A DNA stretch of 63,548 nucleotides, the filler included, from Octopus bimaculoides (Eukaryota): assembly GCF_001194135.2 (NCBI RefSeq). It is 6 parts of 6 records of this genome, joined end to end, with 100 filler letters (N's around TTAATTAATTAA, not from the genome) between each part and the next. Parts side by side here need not be neighbours in the genome. Positions count along the whole stretch, not along the records: positions 39,037 to 58,630 come from NC_068982.1; positions 58,731 to 63,548 come from NC_069003.1; 4 more parts are not named here. The stretch is one strand, 5' to 3'. The position numbers and the translations under genes were made by a program. The notes under the pieces were generated by a model. It ran no database searches and had not been told where the DNA came from. It was given only the letters and a program-made list of their open reading frames with translations. Shown in pieces: positions 52,910 through 63,548 of the stretch; the stretch's first letter is position 1, and each line of letters begins with the position of its first letter.

Positions 52910-53170
52910 AATAAATAATAAATGCGCCCTTTTAAAGCCTAGCCAGGCTCATAGGCCCGGTTTCCCGGTTTCAATGGCATATGTGTTCCCCAGCTGGACG
53001 GGACGCCAGTCCATCGCAGCGTTACTCATTTTTGCCAGCTGAGTGAACTGGAGCAACGTGAAATGAAGTGTTTTGCTCAAGAGCACAACGCGTCGGCCGG
53101 TCCAGGAATCGAAACCACAATCTTACGATCATGATGCTGACACCCTAACCACTAAGCCACGCGCCTTCAC
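52910..53170 (-). mobile_element. tRNA-derived CORE-like SINE, head H1 + tail T2
   Basis: Same head as 52316; tail ...GGCTAGGCTTTAAAAGGGCGC(ATTT)n. 13-bp TSD AATTGCTGTATTA at 52897-52909 and 53171-53183. Confidence 0.9.
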
Positions 53171-53747
53171 AATTGCTGTATTACTGGACTGAAAACAAAA
53201 ATATCGACCGTCTCCGAAAAGAAACGGCCTGGGCGGAAGCTGTTTATATTTGTCAATTTTTTTGTGTAAGGCATATTGTTCGCTGCAGCCAAAGACAATT
53301 TTATTATATTTTATAATGACGGCTGGATACAATTTGTTGTATTGACAACAATGTAGCACGAATTCTGTCGAGCATGCAACGATGATGGAAACGGATTTTC
53401 GTGGCATAGCAAGCATTGCTGCACAACCAACAAATGCCAAAGTCGGTTATCACTACAGCTTATCGGTGCTTCTCTGAAACTGGAAAAATAATACGAAAAT
53501 AGAGAAAAGGTTCAGCTTCAGTTGAGTCCAAAAATGCAATTTATAAGCGTAAAATGGTCATTCTGTTTTGATAAGTACGTGTGTGTTTACGTATCAAAAT
53601 ATCATAATCATTGTTTGGTTTGCCATAACATGCATAACACTTCTGACCCCTGCTGCGCTAGCTGGACAGGGAATCAACAATTCATGACCAGTTCTAGTCA
53701 CTTAAACTGAAGCATAAACTTTTATGCAAACGTGTGTGTGTGCGTGG

Positions 53748-53785
<38 letters not shown>

Positions 53786-54032
53786 ATGCGTGCGTGTGTG
53801 TGTGTGTGCGTGGATACGTGTGAAGTAAGAATGATGAAATTACAAAGTAAAATAAAAATTAAAACAACCCTATAAGAACTAAAGCAAAAGCTGAAAAATA
53901 ATTCCACTATCTTGCAATTTAACAGTTTTTATTGAGGAAGCTATCTTCAGGTGTATTTCTAGTTGTCTTTCTTTTTAATAGACGAGGTTTAGCATTTTAT
54001 TGATTTAAAGCAAATCAGTTTGAGTTTCTTAC

Positions 54033-54286
54033 CCAGGTAAAATAGAATGGAAGCTGTAGGAAGTCGATGACATCAAAGTTCTTCAAATTGACTGATGTAG
54101 CTTTCTACTCCCCACCCGACCCAGAAGACATTTTGAAATCAACCAACTGCAACTACATAAAAAGTGATTACAGACGCGTCAAATGTGAAAGTACTGCTAT
54201 CTTCACAAGCATCATGCCGTAGTAAAACTGGAATGTGATGCACAGAACTATGTAAATGTTCAGGTTGCCAGAACTGCATTATTTGA
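54033..54286 (+). mobile_element. Fossil Cys-rich (CXC/Cys8-like) C-terminus of a DNA transposase, possibly Academ-like
   Basis: Across frameshifts: PGKIEWKL...LQID*, then PDPEDILKSTNCN, then SCRSKTGM*CTELCKCSGCQNC. This resembles the P..GW...W...PAP..IL..C.C...C.C....CT..C.C..C.N tail of invertebrate transposases. Confidence 0.5.
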
Positions 54287-54315
54287 TAATGAAATATTGA
54301 ACTATGATATTGTAT

Positions 54316-54697
54316 TGTTGGCACTCCGTCGCTTACGACGTCGAGGGTTCCAGTTGATCCGATCAACGGAACAGCCTGCTCATGAAATTAACGTGCAAGT
54401 GGCTGAGCACTCCAGAGACACGTGTACCCTTAACGTAGTTCTCGGGGATATTCAGCGTGACACAGTGTGACAAGGCTGACCCTTTGAATTACAGGCACAA
54501 CAGAAACAGGAAGTAAGAGTGAGAGAAATTTGTGGTGAAAGAGTACAGCAGGGTTCGCCACCATCCCCTGCCGGAGCCTCGTGGAGCTTTAGGTGTTTTC
54601 GCTCAATAAACACTCACAACGCCCGGTCTGGGAATCGAAACCGCGATCCTATGACCGCGAGTCCGCTGCCCTAACCACTGGGACGTTGCGCCTCCAC
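54316..54697 (-). mobile_element. tRNA-derived SINE, head H2 + tail T1
   Basis: Head GGCGCAACGTCCCAGTGGTTAGG...GGTTTCGATTCC; tail homologous to ~52450-52635. 13-bp TSD TTGAACTATGATA at 54297-54309 and 54700-54712. Confidence 0.9.
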
Positions 54698-55134
54698 TTT
54701 TGAACTATGATAATGAAGGCTGAAAACAATGTGTTTTAACAAATTTTCGTTGATAGTTTTTAAAGGCAAGAACTAGATAAACCTCACACTTATCAATACT
54801 GATCATTTTGAACCATTCCCATGGTCATTGTAAATGAATTGAACAAAGCATTTCATGCTAAACCTATCTTCAAAAGTTACATTCATTAATTACCAAAGTA
54901 GCTAAATAATAAAAAAAAAACTCTTGATCTTTATTCAGTTCGTGTGTTTGTAAGATTTTATCCTTATCAACATTGTATTGCAGCTCATAAAAGCTTCCTA
55001 AGATTGGTGACTATCACCACAAAATAGATGTGGTAACACCATTTCTTTACATGGGTATTCATTAATTGTATAGAACTGTTTGTTGAATGAGCTCAAACAC
55101 TTTGAGAAGATGAAGCAATAACCCCTTTCTATAC

Positions 55135-55204
<70 letters not shown>

Positions 55205-55761
55205 GTCTGTCTATCCGTCTATCAATACATTTTGAAATTTGCAAAAAAATGTTAACATTGCATCAACATATATTTGACGTACTTGAGTTTTCATAAACTA
55301 TACATGTAAAAGAACCATATGTACTACAGATGTTTTGCTCTAGAAGTTTGTGCAGCAATACCCCAGAGGTGACTTAGCTTATGCTCCAGTGACCAGAAGA
55401 AGTAATCGTTTCACTAACGTATAGTGCTATTACTTAAGATCAATTTTCATTGAACACATGTTTAAAACATTATTGAGCGCCCACTGAACAATTTGGGGAC
55501 AATGATAATTTAGTTGCCCCCACACCTGTTATACAAAAATCTGACATTGAACAGATGTCATTTGGCCTATATATGATTCATTATGAGAACTGTTTGAAAT
55601 ATGTATGCATAGTTATAATAAGCAATTTTCCTTTATTGATAGAACATTGAGGGGGGCAAAGCTAATAATAAAGGTATCGATTTGAAGATTATAAAAACAA
55701 CTGGTGATTGAAGTGTACCTATATGCCTTACAGTCAGTCATTGCTCAGTATCCTTCTATTC

Positions 55762-55895
55762 ATATTCTGCCGAGGTCAACTTTGTCTTTCATCCTTTCGG
55801 GGCCGATAAATTAAGTACCAGTTGCGTATTGGGGTCGATTTAATCGACTTGCTCCCTTCGCCAAAATTACCTAAAATACCTAAAGTAGAAAAGAA
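55762..55895 (+). mobile_element. SINE family A, 5'-truncated
   Basis: gccgaggtcaactttgtctttcatcctttcggggccgataaattaagtaccag... Confidence 0.8.
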
Positions 55896-56194
55896 TATTC
55901 TTCTATTCTGTCGCATTTAACTCTTAATATTGAGACAAATTAGCGTAACACTGTGACAAGGCATAAGTCTACCCGAAGTTTATGTCAGTAAGTAATTATT
56001 CAAGTTGCTGTGCAATGATTTTGATCCAGGTACCTCATAATCGCAGAGCAAATTTCTTAATCATTCGACTATATCTGCACTCTTGTAGTTTATAGAAATA
56101 TGGAAGGTATCATAGACAAGTGATTTCCAAGATTGTGTGTAATAAAATTTCCGAAGCCAGAATATTATCTGATTTTTCACGTTTATCTTTTACC

Positions 56195-56345
56195 TTTTAC
56201 TTGTTTCAGTTATTGGACTGTGGTCATGCTGGGACACCACCGTGAACGGTTTTAGGCGAACAGTACTTATTTTTTATGTCTTGTACTTATTTTATCGGTT
56301 TCTTTTGTCGAAAAACTGTTACCAGTTGTCAAATGGTGGGGACAC
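56195..56345 (-). mobile_element. SINE family B, 3' end
   Basis: cttttacttgtttcagttattggactgtggtcatgctggg...ttatcggtttcttttgtcgaa. Confidence 0.7.
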
Positions 56346-57022
56346 ACGCGCTCGCGCGCGCGACGGCTTTCGCACAGTTTCCCGCAGAAGGAAGAGAAAA
56401 AAGAAAAAAAGCGGGAGACGTGCGGTGGAAGCTGTTGTGACGCCGACCGAACCCGAGGCCCCTCCGGTGGGAAGTGTGCCACCGGAGAGGGAGATTGTCA
56501 GTGGGAATTGTGCCACTGACAGAGCAGGATGCGGACCTTCCCAATATTGAGGACACAGAGCTTATTCTCTATTACCTCAAGGGAGGGCCCCTTAAACCAT
56601 TTTTGAATGGTCTATTAACCCGTCAAAAGTGCGACGCGGCTATAATAGACCATTCATGTTGGCCTCCGCAGGTTTGTGCGGAGGTCATAAGTAAAAACGA
56701 GAAAAAAATAATTGAAGAAAATTGTGATAAGGAGGAGTTTGCCTCCGTTGATCCGGGCCAGCCAATGCGGGCTTTCCTGTAGGCAGCAGGATACTTGCTT
56801 GGTGGCCCGGATGAAGATGATTAACTAAACTTTGAAATTTGATTAAACTTATTAAACAATGTTTTCGAGGGGTTATCGGTCGGCGGGCACCGGTGCCCCT
56901 CCCATTATTATTTCATCATTTTTGTTATCACCTTCATCCCATTAATGTCTGTGTCCAGCCCGCAGCCACTTTATGTTCGTCTCCTCTTTGTAAGGCCTTA
57001 ATGACCAAAATTTTGAAATAAA
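56345..57022 (+). mobile_element. Putative retroelement 3' fragment: gag/ORF1-like C-terminus, 3'UTR and AATAAA
   Basis: GC-rich block with a broken reading frame DGFRTVSRRRKRKKK...PTEPEAPP / VPLTEQDADLPNIEDTELILYYLKGGP...PDEDD*, followed by ~200 nt UTR ending in AATAAA. It is embedded between SINE pieces. Confidence 0.35.
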
Positions 57023-57612
57023 GTAGCATGGTTCCGGGTTCAGTCCCACTGCGTGGAACCATGGGCAAGTGTCTTCTACTATAGCCTCGGGCCGACCAAA
57101 GCCTTGTGACTGGATCTGGTAGACGGAAACTGAAAGAAGCCCATCGTATATATATATGCTTGTGTGTCTGTGTTTGTACCCCCAACATCGCTTGACAACC
57201 GATGCTGGTGTGTTTACGTCACCGTAACTTAGCAGTTCGGCAAAAGAAATTGATAGAATAAGTTACAAAGAATAAGTCCTGGGGTCGATTTGCTGGGTTC
57301 CAGCATGGCTGCAGTCAAATGACTGAAACAAATGAAAGAATATATAAATATATATAACCTCGGGCCGACCAAAGCTTTGTGACTGGATCTGGTAGACGGA
57401 AACTGAAAGAAGCCCATCGTATATATATATGTTTGTGTGTCTGTGTTTGTACCCCCATCATCACTTGATAACCGATGTTAATGTGTTTACGTCCCTGTAA
57501 CCTAGCAGATAGAATAAGTACTGGGCAAAAGAGGAAGTCCTGGGTCGATTTCTTCGACTAAAGGTGGTGCCCCAGCATGGCCGTAGTCAGATGACTGAAA
57601 CAAATAAAAGAA
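57023..57612 (+). mobile_element. SINE family B with internal tandem duplication of its body
   Basis: Head at ~57023. The body ctcgggccgaccaaagc..tgtgactggatctggtagacgg appears twice (~57086 and ~57359), each followed by a 3' end. Confidence 0.85.
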
Positions 57613-58124
57613 TTTAAAAAAGAATAATAGAATATATGCACGCACGCAAACAGAAACTTAGTCGTATATTTCCATTCACAGCTGATGATTCATGATATAG
57701 ATTGTCTATGTAAAAACTCGTTACTACAAGAGTCACGCAGCCTTGGCCTATATTCCACGCAATAGAGGCTATTGATTTATAAAGGTGTGTTAACACTATA
57801 TCCAACTGTTTCTGAGTGGTTATAAAATCGGGTCGCGAACAAACTTCCTTTTTCTCGAATTGATAAGCAGCTCAAATGAACTAAAATAGTTTTAATCAAG
57901 AGTTAAAACTGCCCTGAGCTTGGAAATTCGATGAATGTTCATTCTATGAAAGTTCTGTCCAACCTTTACAGCAGTGATTCCCAACGCACAAGGTTCATAT
58001 TAAAAGTGATTCACAATTTTTTCTTTATCAATAATGTCCAGTTTTTTTTGTATTCAGTACTTAATAAAAAGACTTACCGGTAGTTTCTTTAGTATTAAAT
58101 AATTGTGATAAAATATTACTTTCA

Positions 58125-58320
58125 AATTTTGGAACAAGGCCAGTAATTTCGGGGGTGGAGAGTAAGTCGATTACATCGATCACAGTGCTCTACTGATACT
58201 TATTTTACCAACCGCGAAAGGGATGAAAGGCAAAGTCGACCTCGGCGGAATTTGAACTCAGAACGCAATGACAGACGAACTGCCGCTAAGCGTTTTGCCC
58301 AGCATACTAACCATTCAGCC
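58125..58320 (-). mobile_element. SINE family A
   Basis: gaaagggatgaaaggcaaagtcgacctcggcggaatttgaactcagaacg. Confidence 0.85.
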
Positions 58321-58550
58321 ACTTTAATTGTGATAAATATCAAAAATAAAGTTTTTTTTTCCAACTTCCAACCACCAGTGGGGCATACATTCTTTCTGGG
58401 AAATTATAGTGGGCCCTGGAGGAAAATGGATCAGAAACACTACTTTACAGGTTGGTGACACCCTTTTGTGTTACTAAATAAGAAACGATACCCTATTTTA
58501 ATTCTTTTATTGGGTTTTCTTCATTTCAGCGTAGTTGAGACAACGCTTTG

Positions 58551-58551
<1 letters not shown>

Positions 58552-58610
<59 letters not shown>

Positions 58611-58630
58611 TATATATATATATATATATA
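58552..58630. repeat. (AAT)n followed by (AT)n microsatellite
   Basis: Visible directly. Confidence 0.95.
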
Positions 58631-58807
58631 NNNNNNNNNNNNNNNNNNNNNNNNNNNNNNNNNNNNNNNNNNNNTTAATTAATTAANNNNNNNNNNNNNN
58701 NNNNNNNNNNNNNNNNNNNNNNNNNNNNNNGTATACGTATATTCGTATATATGCTTATGTATATGTGCATGTATATACATACACATATATACATTTATAT
58801 ATATATG

Positions 58808-58841
<34 letters not shown>

Positions 58842-59074
58842 TATATATATATATTTATATATATGTATATGTATGTATATATATACATACTTATACATAC
58901 ACACCCACACACCCACACACACACATACATACACACATACATACACACATACTTACATACATACATACATACATGCATACATATGTATGTACACTTGTTT
59001 ACGTTACTCACGCTGTTATTTCGCACTTTTCATTGTTAGAGTTTTATTTTTATTATTCTTTTTTNNNNNNNNNN

Positions 59075-59106
<32 letters not shown>

Positions 59107-59211
59107 ATGTATATGCATATATATGTGTGAGTGTGTATACGTATATTCGTATATATGCTTATGTATATGTGCATGTATATACATACACATATATACATTT
59201 ATATATATATG

Positions 59212-59245
<34 letters not shown>

Positions 59246-59671
59246 TATATATATATATTTATATATATGTATATGTATGTATATATATACATACTTATAC
59301 ATACACACCCACACACCCACACACACACATACATACACACATACATACACACATACTTACATACATACATACATACATGCATACATATGTATGTACACTT
59401 GTTTACGTTACTCACGCTGTTATTTCGCACTTTTCATTGTTAGAGTTTTATTTTTATTATTCTTTTTTTGTTGTTGTTGTTTTGACTGCTAGCATCGCTG
59501 CTGCTGCTTCTGCTTTTTTGTGTGTCAATAGTTCCAGTATCCTCATTACCAAAGCCAGATATGTTTTGTCCTGTTTACATTGTTCCAGCAGGCAGCACCG
59601 TCAGAACATCGGGGTGGAAAAAAAAAAACCAAAATGCTTTGCACTATTTCTTTCGGCTTTTTTACATTGTG

Positions 59672-59795
59672 AGTTCAAATACTGACGAGTTCAACATTGC
59701 TTTTCAACCTTTCGGAGTCGATACACTAAAGTACCAGTCGACTAACTTCTTCCTCTCAATATTGCTCGTCTTGTGGGTAAACCCGAAACCGTTAT
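59672..59795 (+). mobile_element. SINE family A, degenerate partial
   Basis: gagttcaaatactgacgag...ttttcaacctttcggagtcgat. Confidence 0.55.
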
Positions 59796-59822
59796 TAAGT
59801 GAGAGAGCAGCACATGCCATCA

Positions 59823-59872
<50 letters not shown>

Positions 59873-60109
59873 TTCGTTGCTGTTCAGCAGCAGATTTTTC
59901 CCTGATTGAACTCACTTATGAATACGACGTTTCAGACGTGACCATTCCGTCTAATTTTCTGGTTTAGTATATCTGGGACTTCATCGGTCGTTCGGTATTT
60001 CTTTTCGTTGTTTTAGGGCGCTAGGCTGTGATATGAGGATCGTTTAGTTAACAGTTTCTGTAAATTATAGCGTCACATTGAGTTCTCTCCCTTTTGGGTT
60101 AGAGCTCTT

Positions 60110-60250
60110 AACGCCCCGCCAAGTTCTTTGAATGTTTGTAACAGTCGTTGTGTGTTGGTTTGTTTGGTGACAGTTCATTTGTAATATTGAGAATTTTTTT
60201 GTGTGGCAGAAATATGGCATTTGTGTTTGGTAAACTGTGGTAGTTATGAA
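60110..60250 (-). mobile_element. Possible degenerate Penelope-like linker fragment
   Basis: YHSLPNTNAIFLPHKKILN resembles the YSCMPNxxSIIxxHNKKIL stretch between RT and GIY-YIG in PLEs. The match is short. Confidence 0.3.
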
Positions 60251-60463
60251 GATGAAGAGGAAGAGGATGATAAATATATTCTAGCGTCATTGCGGAAGAG
60301 AAGTGGAAAGAGCAATAATGTATTTTATGATACATAATCCAGAGGTTATTGATATCTAATTCGCCAGTCAATGTCTGTCTATCTATCTATCTATCTATCT
60401 ATCTATATAAATGTTAGAGGTAATACTTGATAATTGTAAGCACCTTTGCATGCCAGCTGGTGG

Positions 60464-60514
<51 letters not shown>

Positions 60515-61646
60515 TAGGAGGATACGATACGCAGAGACGTGCTCTGAATGAATGTATTCTGCAGCTAATGCATATTTACATGTAACAAATTGTATTCTTA
60601 TGGCATCTTTACTAATTACAAACTGTATTTTATACGTATTACATACGCACCCACACACCGTACACACATGACTATGTACTAGCTTCACAATTTAATTAAT
60701 TAATTATTTTTTTTTGTTTTGCTTAATCAAGGATTTGTTTATATTTTCGTAGTTTGTTCGGAGCAGTAAAATTTCAAAATCTACCATGCAGCACATTTCT
60801 AGACCTTCTCAGCCACATGTTCAGAATAAAGGTATATTATCAATATATTGCTGTTCCTTGATAGTAGGCAGTGTATGTTATTCTGTAGGTGTCTAATCCA
60901 CTAACGTTGAAATAAAGACTTGGACAATATATACTAGACGCAAGTATAAATACACGCCTGACTGATAGTATATAAATCAAGTGGTCGATAATGTAAACAG
61001 ACCGGTTATGTCTAACCAATCACATTGGCTATGCCATTGGTAAACAAGAAGCAACTGGCACCAACTTAGTACCATCTTGAAGCTGACACTACGAAGGTTT
61101 AAAAATATCGATGATGGATTCAAGAAACTTACTGTTCCAAACAAACGGCAAGGAATGCACATGAAAATATGACAAAAACTACGGAAGAAAAACCGCTAGA
61201 AAACAGTCGGGTTTTTAATATACGTGTTTATGAGAAAAGCCTGTTCCTCATATATACATATCAATATATCCATATATACAAATATATATATACAATACAA
61301 CCATATATATATATATATATATAAACCATTTAACAAATAGTCACAGCCAGTTGGACAGCTTACAGCGGACCCCTTGCACGGTACGCCGTAGTGAGACGTC
61401 ACAACAATGACGACATATCGATGTCTGTATGGTCCGATAAAAAAAGGGATCTTATGAGAGTTGTCTTACTTGGCTATGACTTGCTTTCGGGTGTTTTTAC
61501 ACCAAGGGCGTTGAGATTATATTCTCTTACGCCTAAAAAACGCGGCCGCCCGACAAACTAACAACGCACATACCTTGTATATGTGTTCGACTTTTGTTTA
61601 CATATCTACAGCTGCTTCTAATTGATATCTCAAATATATATGTAAG

Positions 61647-61700
<54 letters not shown>

Positions 61701-62753
61701 GTGTACCTCAATGGAAGATATGTCAACAAAGCAATTAGGGCTCAATACCAACAAATTTGGAGAAGACCCTTATAAAATTCAAGTAATCACAAAAAACAAA
61801 TTATCGATATTTTGAGTCCTTTATTACAATCGTTTCAATGATCGCATAAGATCGTTGAAACGTCCGTATCAATAATTTGTTTCCCGTAATTTCTACATGT
61901 GTATGTGTGTTTGTTCCCTTAACTTAGCTGTTAGAAATAACAAAACTGCTGGGCTGAAATATTTCCTTGGGTCCATATGGAGGCTGTGCCCAAGCATTAT
62001 TTTTAAAGAATATTTGCTTTTATTCCAGTAGACATTTGCTGGCGTTAGTAATCTTGAAGGGCGCTGTCATCTTCAAGAGTTTATTCGATCAAAACATAAT
62101 TCACTTCGATCCTATCTTATCGATTTTCTAGTATTTTCTTGGTACTTTCATCATCATTAGTATATGATCACCACATCAAGTTGCACTATTCTTTCCTCAT
62201 ATACAGGTCACACAGCTACAAGTCCTCTCTGAAGTGACGAGTATCGTAACACCCGACCTTGTTGCAGACTGACTATAAAGCCCAGGTACTTTATTGATCA
62301 GTACTTATATGTTTCATGTACTTTGTTTTTGGTCCCTTTAGTTTCATATTCCACACCCCCCTCTTCTCTTCGTGCCCATCTCTTTATTGTTACTCCCACT
62401 ATTCCTTTATCCTTTCTTATAACATCACCACAAGTAACGACACTACCACCATCCTATTCCTCCTCTTTCCATCACTCTCAACCTTTTACTCCTCCTTCAA
62501 CAATTCTTCCGCCTCCTCCATTTCCACCTTACAATGCTTCTTTCCTCTTCATTTCTAATTCTCCCTCCCCCCGTCCTCTTCTTTATTTCTCCTCTTTCTC
62601 TTTCCCGTAATATTATAACTCCACCCTCGCCGTCTCTCCATTTCTCGCCCTCCCCTTCTTCATTCATTCGCTACTACTCCTACTACTACCCCAACTTCCT
62701 CTCACCTATTGTTTTCTCTTCTCCTCCCGCACTCCCCTTCCTCTTGCCGCACC

Positions 62754-63151
62754 TCAGAATCTCCGGAAGTCTCTCCAACCAGTATGTTCTCTCCTTCGCC
62801 TGTTCCTCTTCTTCGACTTCTTCCTCTGCCGACGCTTGTTTCTCTTCCTCTTCTTCCTCTTCTTCGTGTTCTTCGATTTGTGCCACTGACTGGAATTCGG
62901 TGAGTCCTGGGTGGACGAAGGTCCGGCTATCTGACACGAACCTTTGCTGACCACACTTATTTTCCGGTCGGCTACACAAGCCGCCACTCTCATGTGACAA
63001 CGTGATTTATAGGTGGTGAAGTCATCACCACAGACCTCTCTTCGCCTACGTCGGCACATGTAGATACTTGGACACGAGCACAGGGGAAGACCCTGCAAAT
63101 TTATCTTACACACCTTGAATTTCGGACATTTTACCTTCTCGCAGGCGTTAT
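62754..63151 (-). CDS. 3'-terminal coding exon of a follistatin-module (FOLN + Kazal, SPARC/agrin/FSTL-type spacing) protein with a Lys/Arg-rich C-terminal tail; upstream exons lie outside the window
   Basis: Translation (D)NACEKVKCPKFKVCKINLQGLPLCSCPSIYMCRRRRREVCGDDFTTYKSRCHMRVAACVADRKISVVSKGSC has all 10 FS-module cysteines and the Kazal VCGxDxxTYxxxC...AAC motif. A pyrimidine-rich acceptor (ttttttttctttattttcag) ends at 63152, giving the phase-1 junction typical of FS modules. TGA stop at 62754-62756. Confidence 0.9.
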
Positions 63152-63204
63152 CTGAAAATAAAGAAAAAAAAATTATTAAAAACAAGAACAACAACAATGA
63201 AATA

Positions 63205-63394
63205 ATAAGGACTTCAAATTTTGGCACAAGGCCAGCAATTTCGGGTGAGGGGATAGGTCGATTACATCGATCCTAACATCAAACAGTACTTATTTTATCG
63301 ACCCCGAAAGGATGAGAGCAAAGTCGACTTCGACGGAATTTGAACTCAAAACGCATTTCGACCGGCGTGCTAACGACTCTGCCAGCTCGGTTGC
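63205..63394 (-). mobile_element. SINE family A in the intron of the follistatin-module gene
   Basis: Head gagctggcagagtcgttagcacgccgg (minus strand) and core tttatcgaccccgaaaggatg. It has an internal deletion relative to the 574-811 copy. Confidence 0.85.
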
Positions 63395-63405
63395 TTTAAA
63401 TAAGA

Positions 63406-63477
63406 TACCAAAGCATAGTTCCGATCTACGGACCTCTGGGTTATGGACCCAGTACGCTCCCACTGCACAACTCTGCT
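63406..63477 (-). tRNA. Initiator tRNA-Met (CAT) copy, degenerate, probable pseudogene
   Basis: The minus strand reads AGCAGAGTTGTGCAGTGGGAGCGTACTGGGTCCATAACCCAGAGGTCCGTAGATCGGAACTATGCTTTGGTA (72 nt). It shows the A1:T72 pair, a CTGGG/CCCAG anticodon stem around CAT and an ATCG T-loop, all initiator hallmarks. 42 of the first 47 nt match the canonical eukaryotic tRNAiMet as I recall it. A G:G mismatch in the acceptor stem and the lack of a T4 terminator suggest it is non-functional. Confidence 0.8.
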
Positions 63478-63482
63478 TCACG

Positions 63483-63548
<66 letters not shown>
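63483..63548. repeat. (AAT)n microsatellite
   Basis: Visible directly; runs to the window end. Confidence 0.95.

Noticed and set aside
58731-59468. Apparently identical 334-bp direct duplication (58731-59064 and 59135-59468)
   Set aside because: The copies are offset by 404 bp, separated by a short N gap and microsatellite-rich. This is most likely an unmerged contig overlap; long reads would be needed to rescue it.
62686-63000. Alternative minus-strand Glu-rich ORF, and Ser/Pro-rich plus-strand ORFs at 62316-62950
   Set aside because: These are shadow frames of the purine-rich tail and 3'UTR of the FS-module exon, with no domain or splice support.
62754-63151. Assigning the symbol FST (follistatin)
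   Set aside because: Cysteine spacing is C-x-C rather than FST's C-x2-C, and only one exon is visible, so orthology cannot be established.

Overview
AT-rich, gap-ridden animal genomic scaffold. The SINE families and microsatellite load suggest an octopus/coleoid cephalopod (inference; no search run). The only well-supported protein-coding piece is the 3'-terminal exon of a minus-strand gene at 62754-63151. It encodes a 10-cysteine follistatin (FOLN+Kazal) module plus a very basic tail, and the rest of the gene lies beyond the right edge. A degenerate initiator tRNA-Met copy sits in that gene's intron. The remainder is mostly mobile-element debris: several tRNA-derived SINE families (some with exact target-site duplications), R4/Dong-like RLE retrotransposons in (AAT)n tracts, Tc1/mariner and Penelope fossils, MITEs and fold-backs, and microsatellites. 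The most interesting non-gene signals are a ~12 kb CpG-depleted, strand-skewed domain (19.1-31.3 kb) that probably marks an unannotated methylated transcription unit, a complete 2x2 head/tail shuffle among four SINE copies, and several long inverted repeats. No CRISPR array or rRNA was seen. Most long ORFs in the track are N-gap or microsatellite artefacts. Repeat boundaries were read by eye and are approximate unless a TSD or TIR is quoted.
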